From contig NC_091282.1 of NCBI RefSeq assembly GCF_032444005.1, forward strand, positions 783,060,001 to 783,124,000: 64,000 nt of DNA, given 5' to 3'. A program made the position numbers and the translations under genes. Below are positions 26,261 to 39,297 of this stretch, piece after piece (position 1 is the stretch's first letter; the number at the start of each line of letters is the position of its first letter). The notes beneath the pieces are model-generated. The model made no database searches, was not told where the DNA came from, and saw nothing but the letters and a program-made list of their open reading frames with translations. Origin of the DNA: Ranitomeya imitator. Taxonomy: Eukaryota.

Positions 26261-26454
26261 GGCTGCCGTCACACTAGCAGTATTTGGTCAGTATTTTACA
26301 TCAGTATTTGTAAGCCAAAACCAGGAGTGGAGCAAATAGAGGAAAAGTATAATAGAAACATATGCACCACTTCTGTATTTATCACCCACTCCTGGTTTTG
26401 GCTACAAATACTGATGTAAAATACTGACCAAATACTGATAGTGTGACGGCAGCC
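26261..26454. mobile_element. Palindromic Harbinger-type MITE
   Basis: TTA|ggctgccgtcacac...gtgtgacggcagcc|TTA; a second copy lies inverted at 58111-58302. Confidence 0.88.
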
Positions 26455-26458
26455 TTAA

Positions 26459-26842
26459 GGTACTGTCACATTAAGCAACTCTCCAACGAGAACGACAGCG
26501 ATCCGTGACGTTGCAGCGTCCTGGATAGCGATCTCGTTGTGTTTGACACGCAGCAGCGGTCTGGATCCCGCTGTGACATCGCTGGTCGTTGCTGAAAGTC
26601 TGGAACTTTATTTGGTCGTCAGGTCGGCGTGTATCGTCATGTTTGACATCAAAAGTAACGATGCCTGCAATGTTTTACATGGAGCTAACAACCAGCGAGA
26701 ATGATAAGTACGTCACTGGATCGCTCCTGCATCGTTCTGCTGTTGCCGGTGTTTGACGTCTCCTAGCGACCTAAACAGTGATGCTGCAGCGATCGGGATC
26801 GTTGTCTATATCGCTGCAGCGTCACTAAATGTGACGGTACCT
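26459..26842. mobile_element. Harbinger-type MITE abutting the previous one
   Basis: TIRs ggtactgtcacatt / aatgtgacggtacc with a CpG-rich palindromic interior. Confidence 0.75.
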
Positions 26843-27533
26843 TTACTGTGTGACTGGTGAGAACGCGGTGCAGAAGTGGAGTATTTCCAAGATTGTATGG
26901 TGGTAGTGTAGAGATTTGGAGGCGGAGCTGGGGTGGAGCCTGGGCAAAGTCTCAAGGGGGCCCGAAAATGTTGCCGGTTTGGGGCCCTGAAATTCCTGGT
27001 GGCAGTCCTGCATGATCCCCAGCATAAAATTTTTAGCAGCCCTCCTTCTATGACATGCCATTAATAATCCTCTAGAGCAGGAGCCTTTGCACTCACAGGC
27101 ACCGGGACCCAGATATTACTGCTGCCATTGCACCCCTGTCATGGGGTGAATAGATGAAGGACATGACTGAGCATTTTGGGGGTCTTGCTTTGATCTTTAG
27201 TCATTATATACACTGTGTACACCCCTGGCAGTAGGTCTGGCGATTAAGATACCATCAGGTTTACAAGCTGGGCAGTGTCCACAAGCTGCAGGCTCCACTC
27301 CTCAGATCTGACATTTCAGCTGCCTCCATGTCAGCAGCAGCATCTAAGTTTAGCAGAATGGAATTCCAGATTTCACAAGGCCAAATATAAGTCTGTTAGA
27401 AAAGATGAATCTAACAAGCCTCCATCCTGCAAAATAAAGTTCCTTCCTTAGTATTGTATCCACCTTCAATATCCCTGATAACCAATACAAGCTCCAAGAG
27501 GATGTAACAACAATCAGAAAGCACAAATATTTA

Positions 27534-27585
27534 TTATTATTATTTATTGTTATAGCGCCATTTATTCCATGGCGCTTTACATGTG
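27534..27585 (-). mobile_element. 52-bp L2-type 3' tail insertion
   Basis: Stem-loop agcgccat-ggaataa-atggcgct plus a (TAA)n tail, 8-bp TSD aatattta; same tail at 57482-57555. Confidence 0.75.
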
Positions 27586-27613
27586 AATATTTACATCTGA
27601 ACCCTATGTTTAA

Positions 27614-30600
27614 CCACGTAGTGATCGAGCCACTTTGTATGTTAATGACTTAGACTCATTTTTCAAATTTGACCACTGTCACTTTATGAGGTAATAACTC
27701 TGGAACGCTTCTACGGATCCCAGGGATTACAGGATTTTTTTTCCGTGACATGCTGTACTTCATTTTAGTGATTAATTTTGGTCGATATGATTTGCTTTTA
27801 TTTATCAAAATATAAAAAAAAATGTAAAAAAAAATTGACCATTTTGCAATTTTCAAACTTTGATTTTTTTATGCCCTTAAATTAGATACAGTAGTTATAC
27901 CACACAAAATGGTCAATAAATAACATTTCCCACATGTCTACTTTACATCAGCACCATTTTTAAAAAAAAAATTTCTGTCAGGAAGTTGGAAGGGTTAAAA
28001 GTTCATCAGCAATTTTCTGTTTTTCCAACAAAATTTACAAAACCTACAGTATTTTTTTTTTAGGGATCACAGTACATTTAAAGTGGCTTTGAGGGACCCA
28101 TATGACAGAAAATATGGCTCAAGGTACTCAAAACCACATTCAAGAAGTTTATTAACTCTTTAGACGCATCAAAGGAATTAAAACAATGTGGAAGGAAAAA
28201 AAAAATGAAGTTTTACTTTTTCCCGCAAAAATGTTCCTTTAGCCCCAAATATTTCATTTCCATAAGAGTAGAAGGAGAAAATGGACCATAAAATGTGTGG
28301 TCCAATATATCCTGAGTACGCTGATACCCCTTATGTGGTGGAAAACTACTGTTTGGGAGCTCGGAAGGGAAGGAGCGCTATTTGACGTTTGGAGTGGAAA
28401 ATTGTCTGGATAGTGGCACCATGTCGCGTTTGGAGAGACCCTGATGTGCCTAAACAGTGGAACCCCCCCACAAGTGACCCTATTCTGGAAACTAGACCGC
28501 TCAAGAAATTTATCTAGAGGTGTGGTGAGCATCTTGAACCAACAGATGCTTCACAGAATTTTAAAAACATTGGACCGTGAAAACGAAAAATAACATTTTT
28601 CCCAAAAATATTGTTTTAGCCTCAAATGTTTAATTTTCACAAAGGTTACTGTAGAAAATGGACCATAGAATTTGTTGTGCAATTTCTCCTGAGTACAGGT
28701 ATCGCCCATATGTGCTCAGAAACTTTTGTGTGGGCGCACAGCAGGGCTAGGAAAGGAATGAGCGCTATTTGATTTTGAGGTGCAACATTTTCTGTAATAG
28801 ATTGTAGACGCCATGTCACATTTGGAGAGCTGCTGAGGTTCCGGAACAGCAGAAACACCCACAAGTTACTCCACAACCTGTAAATTAAGTGGGCTCTCCT
28901 CACTATACATGTAGTAATACCAAACATGTGGACGCTTACTGCAGACTAGGCATACTGTTGGGCTCAGGAGGAAGGGGCATTTAGATTTGCGAGCACAGAT
29001 TTTACTGGATTTGTTTTGGTGGGAGCCATGTCACTTTTCCAGAGCCTTTGAGCTATCAGTAAGCCCCTATATTTCTGTTAGCAGATGACAAACCTGAGTG
29101 AGCACTTATTTTTTGTGGGTTGAGTAGAAGCTTTTATTGGTGCCATTTTGAATCACATTTATCCTGTGTTTTTACACTGAGCACTTACATCAGGGTTCCA
29201 TCTAAATTTACAAAAATACGTTATTTTCATAAAACACCCGAGGTATCCATTCACTATAATGAGGTAGCAAGGTTACTTTGGACTTCTATCTGACCTCTGT
29301 TCAGTGGTCTCCTTCTTTTCACAGGTAAACGTCTAAAAAAAATAGACACCACCAGATCGTAGGCCAGACAGCGTCCACAGGGTCCCCATCTGCTTCATTT
29401 TAGGGTTTCATCTGAATTCCGTATTTCAGGTAAATACACAGAAACCCTATTGTAAGCGCTCAGTGTAGAGCGCAGGATAAATGTGAGCCGAGCTTTATTG
29501 CGATCTTTGTGAGGTAGAATAAACAAATCAAGAGCAGGTTAAGAATTGGTTTTATTAATTTTTTTTTAACGCCGTTCCTGGTGTGGTATAAGTGATTAGG
29601 TGACTTTATTACTTTATACTTTGATTGGGTGCAATTACAACGATACCAGATTTATATCGGTTTTTACGTTTGGCTGATGTCACACAGTAAAAGACACTTT
29701 TTTTTACAAAAACAAGTTTTGCATCACTATATTTTGAGAACTGTAATTTTTCCATATTTCTGCTGACAGAGGCAAGGGAGGGCTTGTTTGTTTTGCGGAA
29801 CAAGCTTATGTTTTTATTGGTACGGGCACATAACATTTCTTGATCGCTTTCTTTTCCGATTTTTGGGAGACAGAATGATCAAAATCTGGTGACTCAGATT
29901 TTTTTTTTTTTTAATGCCATTCACCGTGTGGTAAAATTGATAAGACAGCTTCTACACAAAAACAATTTTATAGAAAAAAATATTGTTTTTGCATTGCTGT
30001 ATTCTGAGAGCTATAGCTTTTTATTTTTCCACTGATGGAGCTGTATGGCGACTTGATTTTTATGGGACACCATGACATTTTAGCAATTCCATTTTCATTT
30101 ACATTGGTCTTTTTGATTGTATTTTATTCCTTTTTTTCCAGTGGTTTTATGAAAAGCATAGTTTTTGACAATTTTTTTTTTAATACGGAGTTCAGTGTAG
30201 AGGTTATCTAGTTTGATAGTTTTATAGATCAGGACGTTCTGGATGCAGCGATGCCAAGTATGTGTAATTTTATTTATTTATTTTTTTAACATAAATATTT
30301 TTATTTATTGGTGTAATATTTTTTGTTCTTTTGTTGTTGTTTTTTGCTTTTTCACTAATGTTTTCAATCTTCTTAACATTTTTACTTAGCCACTCTATGG
30401 ACATTGACTTTTTATTCTGATCACTGGTCTCATGAATTGCAATACACATGTACTGCAAGGCATGAGACCTGTGCTATTCGATAGGAAAATCACCTGTTAG
30501 AACCTGCCTATGGCTGTTTCTAAGATGCCTGTACCTGGCACACCAAGAGGTCATTGTTTGAACCTCCGAGTGCCATGACAACCATCGGCTAACCGTGATT

Positions 30601-31025
30601 TTGTCACAGGGGTGCCAATGGGGGATGACAAAGGGAGCACACTCCCTCTAACAACCTTCCAAATGCCAAGATCGATAGCCCTGGCTGTTACTGCAGGAGC
30701 TCGGCTGTCATCTGTGCCAAGCTCCCGGCGGTGATCATGTGGAGAAGTGTTGATATTTCAGCATTCGCGGCGATCACATGCTGTGATCGGTCAGTCAGAT
30801 TGACTGTCCGATCACAGCAATCAGAGAGCAAGAACAGCTGAGCTGGGGCTCTGCATCTCTAGCCATGCCACTCAGCTGTATGTGACAGCTGTCAGCACAG
30901 AGCTGTCACTGTACGCTTCAACACAGTGACATTTTAAATGTATGACATACAGCACATAACACATCAAGACGTGGGAACTCACACCTTCTCATGAAATGCC
31001 ATGTTCGTCATTGGTCATAGAGGGG
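27614..31025. mobile_element. Large non-autonomous TTAA element (piggyBac-like)
   Basis: TTAA|cc... at the left (degraded) and ...aggggTTAA at the right, with internal direct repeats and no ORF. Confidence 0.6.
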
Positions 31026-31059
31026 TTAAATAAAAATGTTAGTTACCATGTAAATCCAG

Positions 31060-32830
31060 CAATAGTGAATAACAGAGAGTGCAGCTCTGGGGTATAATAC
31101 AGAATGTAACACAGGATATGTAATGTAATGTAATGTATGTACACAGTGACTGCACCAGCAGAATAGTGAGTGCAGCTCTGGAGTATAATACAGGATGTAA
31201 CTCAGGATCAGTAATGTAACGTATGTACACAGTAACTGCACCAGCAGAATAGTGAGTGCAGCTCTGGGGTATAGTACAGGATGTAAATCAGGATCAGTAA
31301 TGTAATGTATGTACACAGTGACTGCACCAGCAGAATAGTGAGTGCAGCTCTGGGGTAAAATACAAGATGTAACTTATGATCAGTACAGGATCAGTAATGT
31401 ATGTACACAGTGACTGCACCAGCAGAATAGTGAGTGCAGCTCTGGGGTATAATACAGGATATAACATAGGATCAGTAATGTAATGTATGTACACATTGAC
31501 TGCACCAGCAGAATAGTGAGTGCAGCTCTGGAGTATAATACAGGATGTAGCTCAGGATCAGTAATGTAATGTATGTACACAGTGACTACACCAGCAGAAT
31601 AGTGAGTGCAGCTCTAGAGTATAATACAGGATTTAACTCAGGATCAGTAATGTAATGTATGTACACAGTGACTACACCAGCAGAATAGTGAGTGCAGCTC
31701 TGGAGTATAATACAGGATTTAACTCAGGATCAGTACAGGATCAGTGATATAATGTAACTAGATGGTGGCCCGATTCTAACGCATCGGGTATTCTAGAATA
31801 TACATGTCCACGTAGTATATTGCCCAGCCCCATAGTATATTGCCCAGTCAAGTAGTATATTGCCCAGCCACGTAGTATATTGCCCAGCCACGTAGTATAT
31901 TGCCCAGCCACGTAGTATATTGCCCAGCCACGTAGTATATTGCGCAGCCACGTAGTATATTGCCCAGTGACGTAGTATATTGGCCAGCCACGTAGTATAT
32001 TGCCCAGTCACGTAGTGTATTGGCCAGCCACGTAGTATATTGCCCAGTCACGTAGTATATTGCCCAGCCACGTAGTATACAGCACAGAGCCATGTAGTAT
32101 ACAGACTTAAAATAAAAAATAAACATATACTCACCCTCCGTTGAAGTCCTGGCCCTGTGTGCGGTGCATGCGGAAGCTTCCGGTCCCAGGGTTGGTATGG
32201 GCGCAGGACCTGTGATGAGGTCGCGGTCACATGACCGTGACGTCATGGCAGGTTCTTGTCACATACCATCCTTGCCACCGGAACCTGCCGCTTGCATGGA
32301 GCGGTTACCGGAGCGTCGCGAGGAGCGGGAAAGGCGCCGGAATGTGAGTCTATGATGATTTTTTATTTTTTAAATTATTTTTAACATTAGATCTTTTTAC
32401 TATTGAGGCTGGGTAGGCAGCATCAATAGTAAAAAAGTTGGACACAGGGTTAATAGCAGCGCTGATGGAGTGCATTACACCGCGGTCCATTAGCGCTGCG
32501 ATTAACCCTGTGTGAGCGCTGACTGGAGGGGAGTACGGAGCGGGCACTGACTGCGGGGAGGAAGGAGCGGCCATGTTGCCGCCGGACTGCGCCCGTCGCT
32601 GATTGGTCGTGGCAATGGTCGTGGGCGTTTTGCCACGACCAATCAGCGACTTGGATTCCATGACAGACAGAGGCCGCGACCAATGAATATCCGTGACAGA
32701 CAGACAGACAGAGGGACAGACAGAAAGACAGAAGTGACCCTTAGACAATTATATAGTAGATGTATGTACACAGTGACTGCACCAGCAGAATAGTGAGTGC
32801 AGCTCTGGGGTATGATACAGGATATAACTC
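31060..32830. repeat. 86-bp satellite split by a Helitron
   Basis: tgtatgtacacagtgactgcaccagcagaatagtgagtgcagctctggagtataatacaggatgtaactcaggatcagtaatgtaa units. Confidence 0.93.
31758..32760 (-). mobile_element. Non-autonomous Helitron with internal 20-bp minisatellite
   Basis: Minus-strand TC...hairpin-CTAG ends; removing it restores the host unit aatgtaa|tgtatgtac. Confidence 0.88.
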
Positions 32831-33134
32831 AGGGTCGGCGAAGGATAATTTCTGTAAATTTTAGCATGAGTAACTTATAATATGGTAACAGGTAAACCAA
32901 GGCTTTAAGAACAAAGCTGACTGACAAAAGTTGCCATGATTAAATTCCAATAGTTTTCTATGTTATTGGCTGAAGTAAAGCCCCATGAACATGGCGCCTC
33001 TTTAATAAGTCATCTGTGACTTGAGCATGTGGAGATTCAGTTACCTGACAATGCGGCTACTTCACCAGGTCACATCACAGAAGAGGAAGGGACCCAGGAT
33101 GATGTGCAAAACCCCCAATAGGAGAAGACCTTAA

Positions 33135-33523
33135 AGGGAACCTGTCACCCCCAAAATCGAAGATGAACTAAGCCCACCAGCATCAGGGGCTTATCTACAG
33201 CATTGTGTAATGCTGTAGATAAGCCCCCGATGTAACCTGAAAGATGAGAAAAAGAGGTTAGTTTATACTCACCCGGGGGCGGTCCCGGTCCGATGGGCGG
33301 CGAGGTCCGGTGCCTCCCATCTTCATAAGATGACGTCCTCTTCTGGTCTTCATGCTGCGGCTCAGGCGCAGGCGTACTCTGTCTGACGTGTTGAGGGCAG
33401 AGGAAAGTACTGCAGTGCGCAGGCGCCGGGAAAGGTCAGAGAGGCCCAGCGCCTGCGCACTGCAGTACTTTGCTCTGCCCTCAACAGGACAGACAGAGTA
33501 CGCCTGCGCCGGACAGGTTCCCT
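33135..33523. mobile_element. Kolobok/T2-type MITE
   Basis: TTAA|agggaacctgtc...gacaggttccct|TTAA with an internal GC-rich palindrome. Confidence 0.88.
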
Positions 33524-33894
33524 TTAAGAAAGAGGCTCTTGTGTCCATGTACTGGGACATCCAGGTCTGTGTGTTGACCATCACTGTAAGTACTGTGCCT
33601 TGTAGGGTTAAATCATGATGGGCCTGAAAAATAAAACAAAATAAGACTCCCAGAGCAGAGTTAGAGGCAGCACATGGATTACTACTAGCCCAAAGTAAAT
33701 ATTAGGGGCAGAAATCTGCGGTCTGAACATACACCTACCAGGGATGCCACATTGCTTGTCCTCCCCATTGCACCTAGCCTATAGCCGCCATCCCGGCCAG
33801 GATCAGGGTGCCATGCTGCTGGTTACTGGAGAAGGTGCCATCACCCCTCCCCGGTGAGCACACAGCCCCCGCACCCACCGCTCCACGGCCCGGG

Positions 33895-33950
33895 ATGTGG
33901 GCGGAGCAGGGCAGGAGCTGGCTGATTGATAGGCGGTTGCTATGGAGATA
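33895..33950 (+). promoter_or_regulatory. CCDC197 proximal promoter: GC box and RFX X-box
   Basis: gggcggag near 33899 and GTTGCTATGGAGAT at 33936-33949, about 85 bp upstream of the ATG. Confidence 0.6.
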
Positions 33951-34033
33951 GAACGCTGACCCAGATCCTGGATTCCGTTGCAGGAGACAATGTAACTTGT
34001 GATCTTCCTGCACCTTGTCACCCAAACCTCACA

Positions 34034-34140
34034 ATGACGGACTGCGAGCAGCTGCTGCCCCCCAGGGACCCCCCAAAGTATGAGCTGAACCTGGAGATTA
34101 GGAAGAGGAACGTGTTTGTCACTCAGCTGGAGGAGGGGAG
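34034..34140 (+). CDS. CCDC197: CCDC197 coding exon 1
   Basis: MTDCEQLLPPRDPPKYELNLEIRKRNVFVTQLEEG, donor AG|gtgaga, phase 2 compatible with the next exon. Confidence 0.72.
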
Positions 34141-34843
34141 GTGAGATTAACCCTGAATATGCTGGGATGTTGTCTGACTGCACTTTGTTGGACGAAGTAG
34201 ACATGTGACCAGAAACCCAAAGGTCATCTACTGGTATATAACTATATACATCTGGTGTAAGTAATGGTATATACTGGTATAACCTGGGTATCATCTGTAC
34301 ATATGTACAGCTGGTATAACCCACATCTCCTGTATATAATTATATATGTACAGCTGCTATAACCTGGGCATCTCCTGCATATAATTATATATGTACAGCT
34401 GGTATAACCCGGGCATCTCCTGTATATAATTATATATGTACAGCTGCTATAACCTGGGCATCTCCTGCATATAATTATATATGTACAGCTGGTATAACCC
34501 GGGCATCTCCTGTATATAATTATATATGTACAACTGGTATAACCCGGGCATCTCCTGTATATAATTATATATGTACAGCTGGTATAACCCGGGCATCTCC
34601 TGTATATAAATATATATATGTACAGCTGGTATAACCCGGGCATCTCCTGTATATAATTATATATGTACAGCTGGTATAACCCGGGCATCTCCTGTATATA
34701 ATTATATATGTACAGCTGGAATAACTTGGGCATCTCCTGTATATAATTATATATATGTACAGCTGGTATAACCTGGACATCTCCTGTATATAATAATATA
34801 TGTACAGCTGGTATAACCTGGACATCTCCTGTATATAATTATA

Positions 34844-36450
34844 CAGTGGGGCAAAAAAGTATTTAGTCAGTCAGCAATAGTGCAAGTTCCACCACTTAAA
34901 AAGATGAGAGGAGTCTGTAATTTACATCATAGGTAGACCTCAACTATGGGAGACAAACTGAGAAAAAAAAATCCAGAAAATCACATTGTCTGTTTTTTTA
35001 ACATTTTATTTGCATATTATGGTGGAAAATAAGTATTTGGTCAGAAACAAACAATCAAGGTTTCTGGCTCTCACAGACCTGTAACTTCTTCTTTAAGAGT
35101 CTCCTCTTTCCTCCACTCATTACCTGTAGTAATGGCACCTGTTTAAACTTGTTATCAGTATAAAAAGACACCTGTGCACACCCTCAAACAGTCTGACTCA
35201 AAAACTCCACTGTGGTGAAGACCAAAGAGCTGTCAAAGGACACCAGAAACAAAATTGTAGCCCTGCACCAGGCTGGGAAGACTGAATCTGCAATAGCCAA
35301 CCAGCTTGGAGTGAAGAAATCAACAGTGGGAGCAATAATTAGAAAATGGAAGACATACAAGACCATTGATAATCTCCCTCGATCTGGGGCTCCACGCAAA
35401 ATCCCACCCCGTGGGGTCAGAATGATCACAAGAACGGTGAGCAAAAATCCCAGAACCACGCGGGGGGACCTAGTGAATGAACTGCAGAGAGCTGGGACCA
35501 ATGTGACAAGGCCTACCATAAGTAACACACTACGCCACCATGGACTCAGATCCTGCAGTGCCAGACGTGTCCCACTGCTTAAGCCAGTACATGTCCGGGC
35601 CCGTCTGAAGTTTGCTAGAGAGCATTTGGATGATCCAGAGGAGTTTTGGGAGAATGTCCTATGGTCTGATGAAACCAAACTGGAACTGTTTGGTAGAAAC
35701 ACAACTTGTCGTGTTTGGAGGAAAAAGAATACTGAGTTGCATCCATCAAACACCATACCTACTGTAAAGCATGGAGGTGGAAACATCATGCTTTGGGGCT
35801 GTTTCTCTGCAAAGGGGCCAGGACGACTGATCCGGGTACATGAAAGAATGAATGGGGCCATGTATTGTGAGATTTTGAGTGCAAACCTCCTTCCATCAGC
35901 AAGGGCATTGAAGATGAAACGTGGCTGGGTCTTTGAACATGACAATGATCCAAAGCACACCACCAGGGCAACGAAGGAGTGGCTTCGTAAGAAGCATTTC
36001 AAGGTCCTGGAGTGGCCTAGCCAGTCTCCAGATCTCAACCCTATAGAAAACCTTTGGAGGGAGTTGAAAGTCCGTGTTGCCAAGGGAAAAGCCAAAAACA
36101 TCACTGCTCTAGAGGAGTTCTGCATGGAGGAATGGGCCAACATACCAACAACAGTGTGTGGCAACCTTGTGAAGGCTTACAGAAAACGTTTGACCTCTGT
36201 CATTGCCAACAAAGGATATATTACAAAGTATTGAGATGAAATTTTGTTTCTGACCAAATACTTATTTTCCACCATAATATGCAAATAAAATGTTAAAAAA
36301 ACAGACAATGTGATTTTCTGTATTTTCTTTTCTCAGTTTGTCTCCCATAGTTGAGGTCTACCTATGATGTAAATTACAGACGCCTCTCATCTTTTTAAGT
36401 GGTGGAACTTGCACTATTGCTGACTGACTAAATACTTTTTTGCCCCACTG
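34844..36450 (+). mobile_element. Tc1 family A, full length with complete TIRs
   Basis: TA TSD and intact IR/DR ends; highly similar to 18165-19743. Confidence 0.97.
35212..36234 (+). pseudogene. Tc1 transposase ORF, 340 codons, start codon mutated ATG>GTG
   Basis: ctccactGTGgtgaag versus ctccactATGgtgaag in the other copy; DD34E retained. Confidence 0.85.
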
Positions 36451-37072
36451 TATATGTACAGCTGGTATAACCCAGGTATCTCCTGTATATAATTATATAT
36501 GTACAGCTGGTATAACCCGGGCATCTCCTGTATATAATTATATATATGTACAACTGGTATAACCCGGGCATCTCCTGTATATAATTATATATGTACAACT
36601 GGTATAACCCGGGCATCTCCTGTATATAATTAGATATGTACAGCTGGTATAACCTGGTCATCTCCTGTATATAATTATATATATGTAGAACTGGTATAAC
36701 CTGGGCATCTGCTGTATATAATTGTTTATGTACAGCTGGTATAACCTGGGTATCTCCTGTAAATAATTATATATGCACAGCTGGTATAACCCAGGCATCT
36801 CCTGTATATAATTATATATGTACAACTGGTATAACCCGGGCATCTCCTGTATATAATTATATATGCACAGCTGGTATAACCTGGGCATCTCCTGTATATA
36901 ATTATATATGTACAGCCGGTATAACCCGGGCATCTCCTGTATACAATTATATATGTACAGCTGGTATAACCTGGGCATCTCCTGTATATAATTATATATG
37001 TACAGATGGTATAACCTGGGAATCATCTGTATGTATGTACAGCTGGTATAACCTGGGCATCTCCTGTATATA

Positions 37073-38020
37073 TACGTAGTATATTGGCCAGTCACGTAGT
37101 ATATTGCCCAGCCACATAGTATATTGCCCAGCCACGTAGTATATTGCCCAGTCACGTAGTATATTGCCCAGCCACATAGTATATTGCCCAGTCACGTAGT
37201 ATATTGCCCAGTGACGTAGTATATTGCCCAGCCACGTAGTATATAGCAGAGCCACGTAGTACGGTATATTGCCCAGTCACGTAGTATATTGCCCAGCTAC
37301 ATAGTATATAGTAGAGCCACGTAGTATATTGCCCAGCACAGAGCCACGTAGTATAGAGACTTAAAAAAAAAAACATATACTCACCTTCCGAAGGCCCGTT
37401 GGAAGTCCTGCTATACTCACCGTCTGCCGCCTTTGCCGCTCCTCGCCACGCTCCCGGGACCGCTCCATTGCAAGCTGCAGTTTCCGGTCCCAGGGCTGGT
37501 GTGAGCAGGACCTATGATGACGTCGCGGTCACATGACCGTGACGTCACGGCAGGTCCTTGACGCACACCAGCCCTGGGACCGGAAGCTGCCGCTTGCAAT
37601 GGAGCGGTCCCGTGAGCGTGGCGAGGAGCGGCAAAGGCGGCGGACGGTGAGTATAGCAGGTTTTTTGTTTTTTTTATTATTTTGAACATGACATTTTTAC
37701 TATTGATGCTGCATAGGCAGCATCAATAGTAAATAGTTGGGGACACACAGGGTTAATAGCAGCGGTAACGGAGTGCGTTACACCACGGGCCGTTACCGCT
37801 GCCATTAACCCTGTGTGAGCGGTCAGTGGAGGGGATTACGGAGCGGGTGCTGGGCAGTGAGTGCAGGGGAGTAGGGAAGGGAGTAATCGGACTGTGGCTG
37901 TCGCTGATTGGTCGCAGCAGCCATGACAGGCAGCTGCCGAGACCAATCAGCGAATGAATAACCGTGACAGAAGGACAGACAGACAGACGGAAGTGACCCT
38001 TAGACAATTATGTATATAGA
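37073..38020 (-). mobile_element. Non-autonomous Helitron, 3' end missing
   Basis: Same 5' end (tctatatacataattgtctaaggg) and 20-bp repeat as the other copies; no CTAG/hairpin end. Confidence 0.8.
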
Positions 38021-38706
38021 TAGCTGGTATAACCTGGGTATCTCCAGTATATAATTATATATGTACAGCTGGAATAACCTGGGCATCTCCTGCATATAAT
38101 TATATATGTACAGCCGGTATAACCTGGGAATCTCCTGTATATAATTACATCTGTACAGCCGGTATAACCTGGACATCTCCTGTATATAATTATATATGTA
38201 CAGCTGGAATAACCTGGGAATCTCCTGTATATAATTATATATATATATGTACAACTGGTATAACCTGGGCATCCTCTGTATATAATTGTTTATGTACAGC
38301 TGGTATAACCTGGGTATCTCCTGTAAATAATTATATATGCACAGCTGGTATAACCCGGGCATCTCCTGTATATAATTATATATGTACAACTGGTATAACC
38401 CGGGCATCTTCTGTATACAATTATATATGTACAGCTGGTATAACCTGGGCATCTCCTGTATATAATTATATATGTACAGCTGGTATTATCTGGGCATATC
38501 CTGTGTATAATTATATATGTACTACTGGAATAACCTGGGCATCTTCACTCTGCCACATTAACACCACGTTGCCTCCATGGTCTGGGCACTGTTGGCGTAT
38601 TGCCCTGCCGGTATGAACAAGAGACTTGAACGTTCGCAGTGTGAGATCCCTGTGGGGACCGAACTGTAAATCTAGTTTACGATAAAGCTGTAACTTTATT
38701 TTTCAG

Positions 38707-38752
38707 GGATGATGAGGAAGAGGACATCACTCAGATCCCGGTCATAAAGGAA
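38707..38752 (+). CDS. CCDC197: CCDC197 coding exon 2
   Basis: tttcag|G GAT GAT GAG...AAG GAA|gtgcgt encodes DDEEEDITQIPVIKE; phases 2/0 fit both neighbours. Confidence 0.75.
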
Positions 38753-38907
38753 GTGCGTTACTGGTTTGGTTGCTGAAATTTTCACCTATTTTTTACATTA
38801 AGGACCTTGATTAATTAGGATATCTGTTTTCCTTATTGGACATTATGATCACTGGGTCCTGATGCAGGAAGCCCCCTCCTCAAGTTTACTATGGAGCTTC
38901 TCTGTAA

Positions 38908-39297
38908 GGGTACCGTCACACAGTGGCATTTTGATCTCTACGACGGCACGATTTGTGACGTTCCAGCGATATATCCGTGACGTTCCAGCGATCTCGCTGT
39001 GTCTGACACGCTACTGCGATCAGGGACCCCGCTGAGAATCGTACGTCGTAGCAGATCGTTTGAAACTTTCTTTCGTCGTCTAGTGTCCCGCTGTGGCGGC
39101 ATGATCGCATGGTGTAACAAAGGTGTGCACGATATTGTATACAATGTGCGCATAGTAACAACGGCTTCTACATCGCACAAACGTCATGAAATTATCGCTC
39201 CAGCGTCGTACATTGCAAAGAGCGATATTGTTACGATGCTGGAGCGTCACGGATCGTGCCGTCGTAGCGATCAAAATGCCACTGTGTGACGGTACCC
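38908..39297. mobile_element. Harbinger-type MITE
   Basis: TAA|gggtaccgtcacacagtggcattttgatc ... gatcaaaatgccactgtgtgacggtaccc|TAA. Confidence 0.9.

Larger units (their letters stand above)
34250..38545. repeat. 45-bp minisatellite (tatatgtacagctggtataacctgggcatctcctgtatataatta) split by a Tc1 and a Helitron
   Basis: Unit present at 34250-34843, 36451-37072 and 38021-38545. Confidence 0.93.

Noticed and set aside
13834-33900. Location of the non-coding first exon of ASB2-beta (donor-like sites near 17415, 20912 and 33045)
   Set aside because: An upstream exon must exist because of the acceptor at 13834, but no candidate can be distinguished from sequence alone.
35184-36164. 326-aa antisense ORF over the transposase (also 18415-19155 and 43385-43861)
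   Set aside because: Typical codon-bias shadow of the sense ORF; broken in the sister copy and without domain features.
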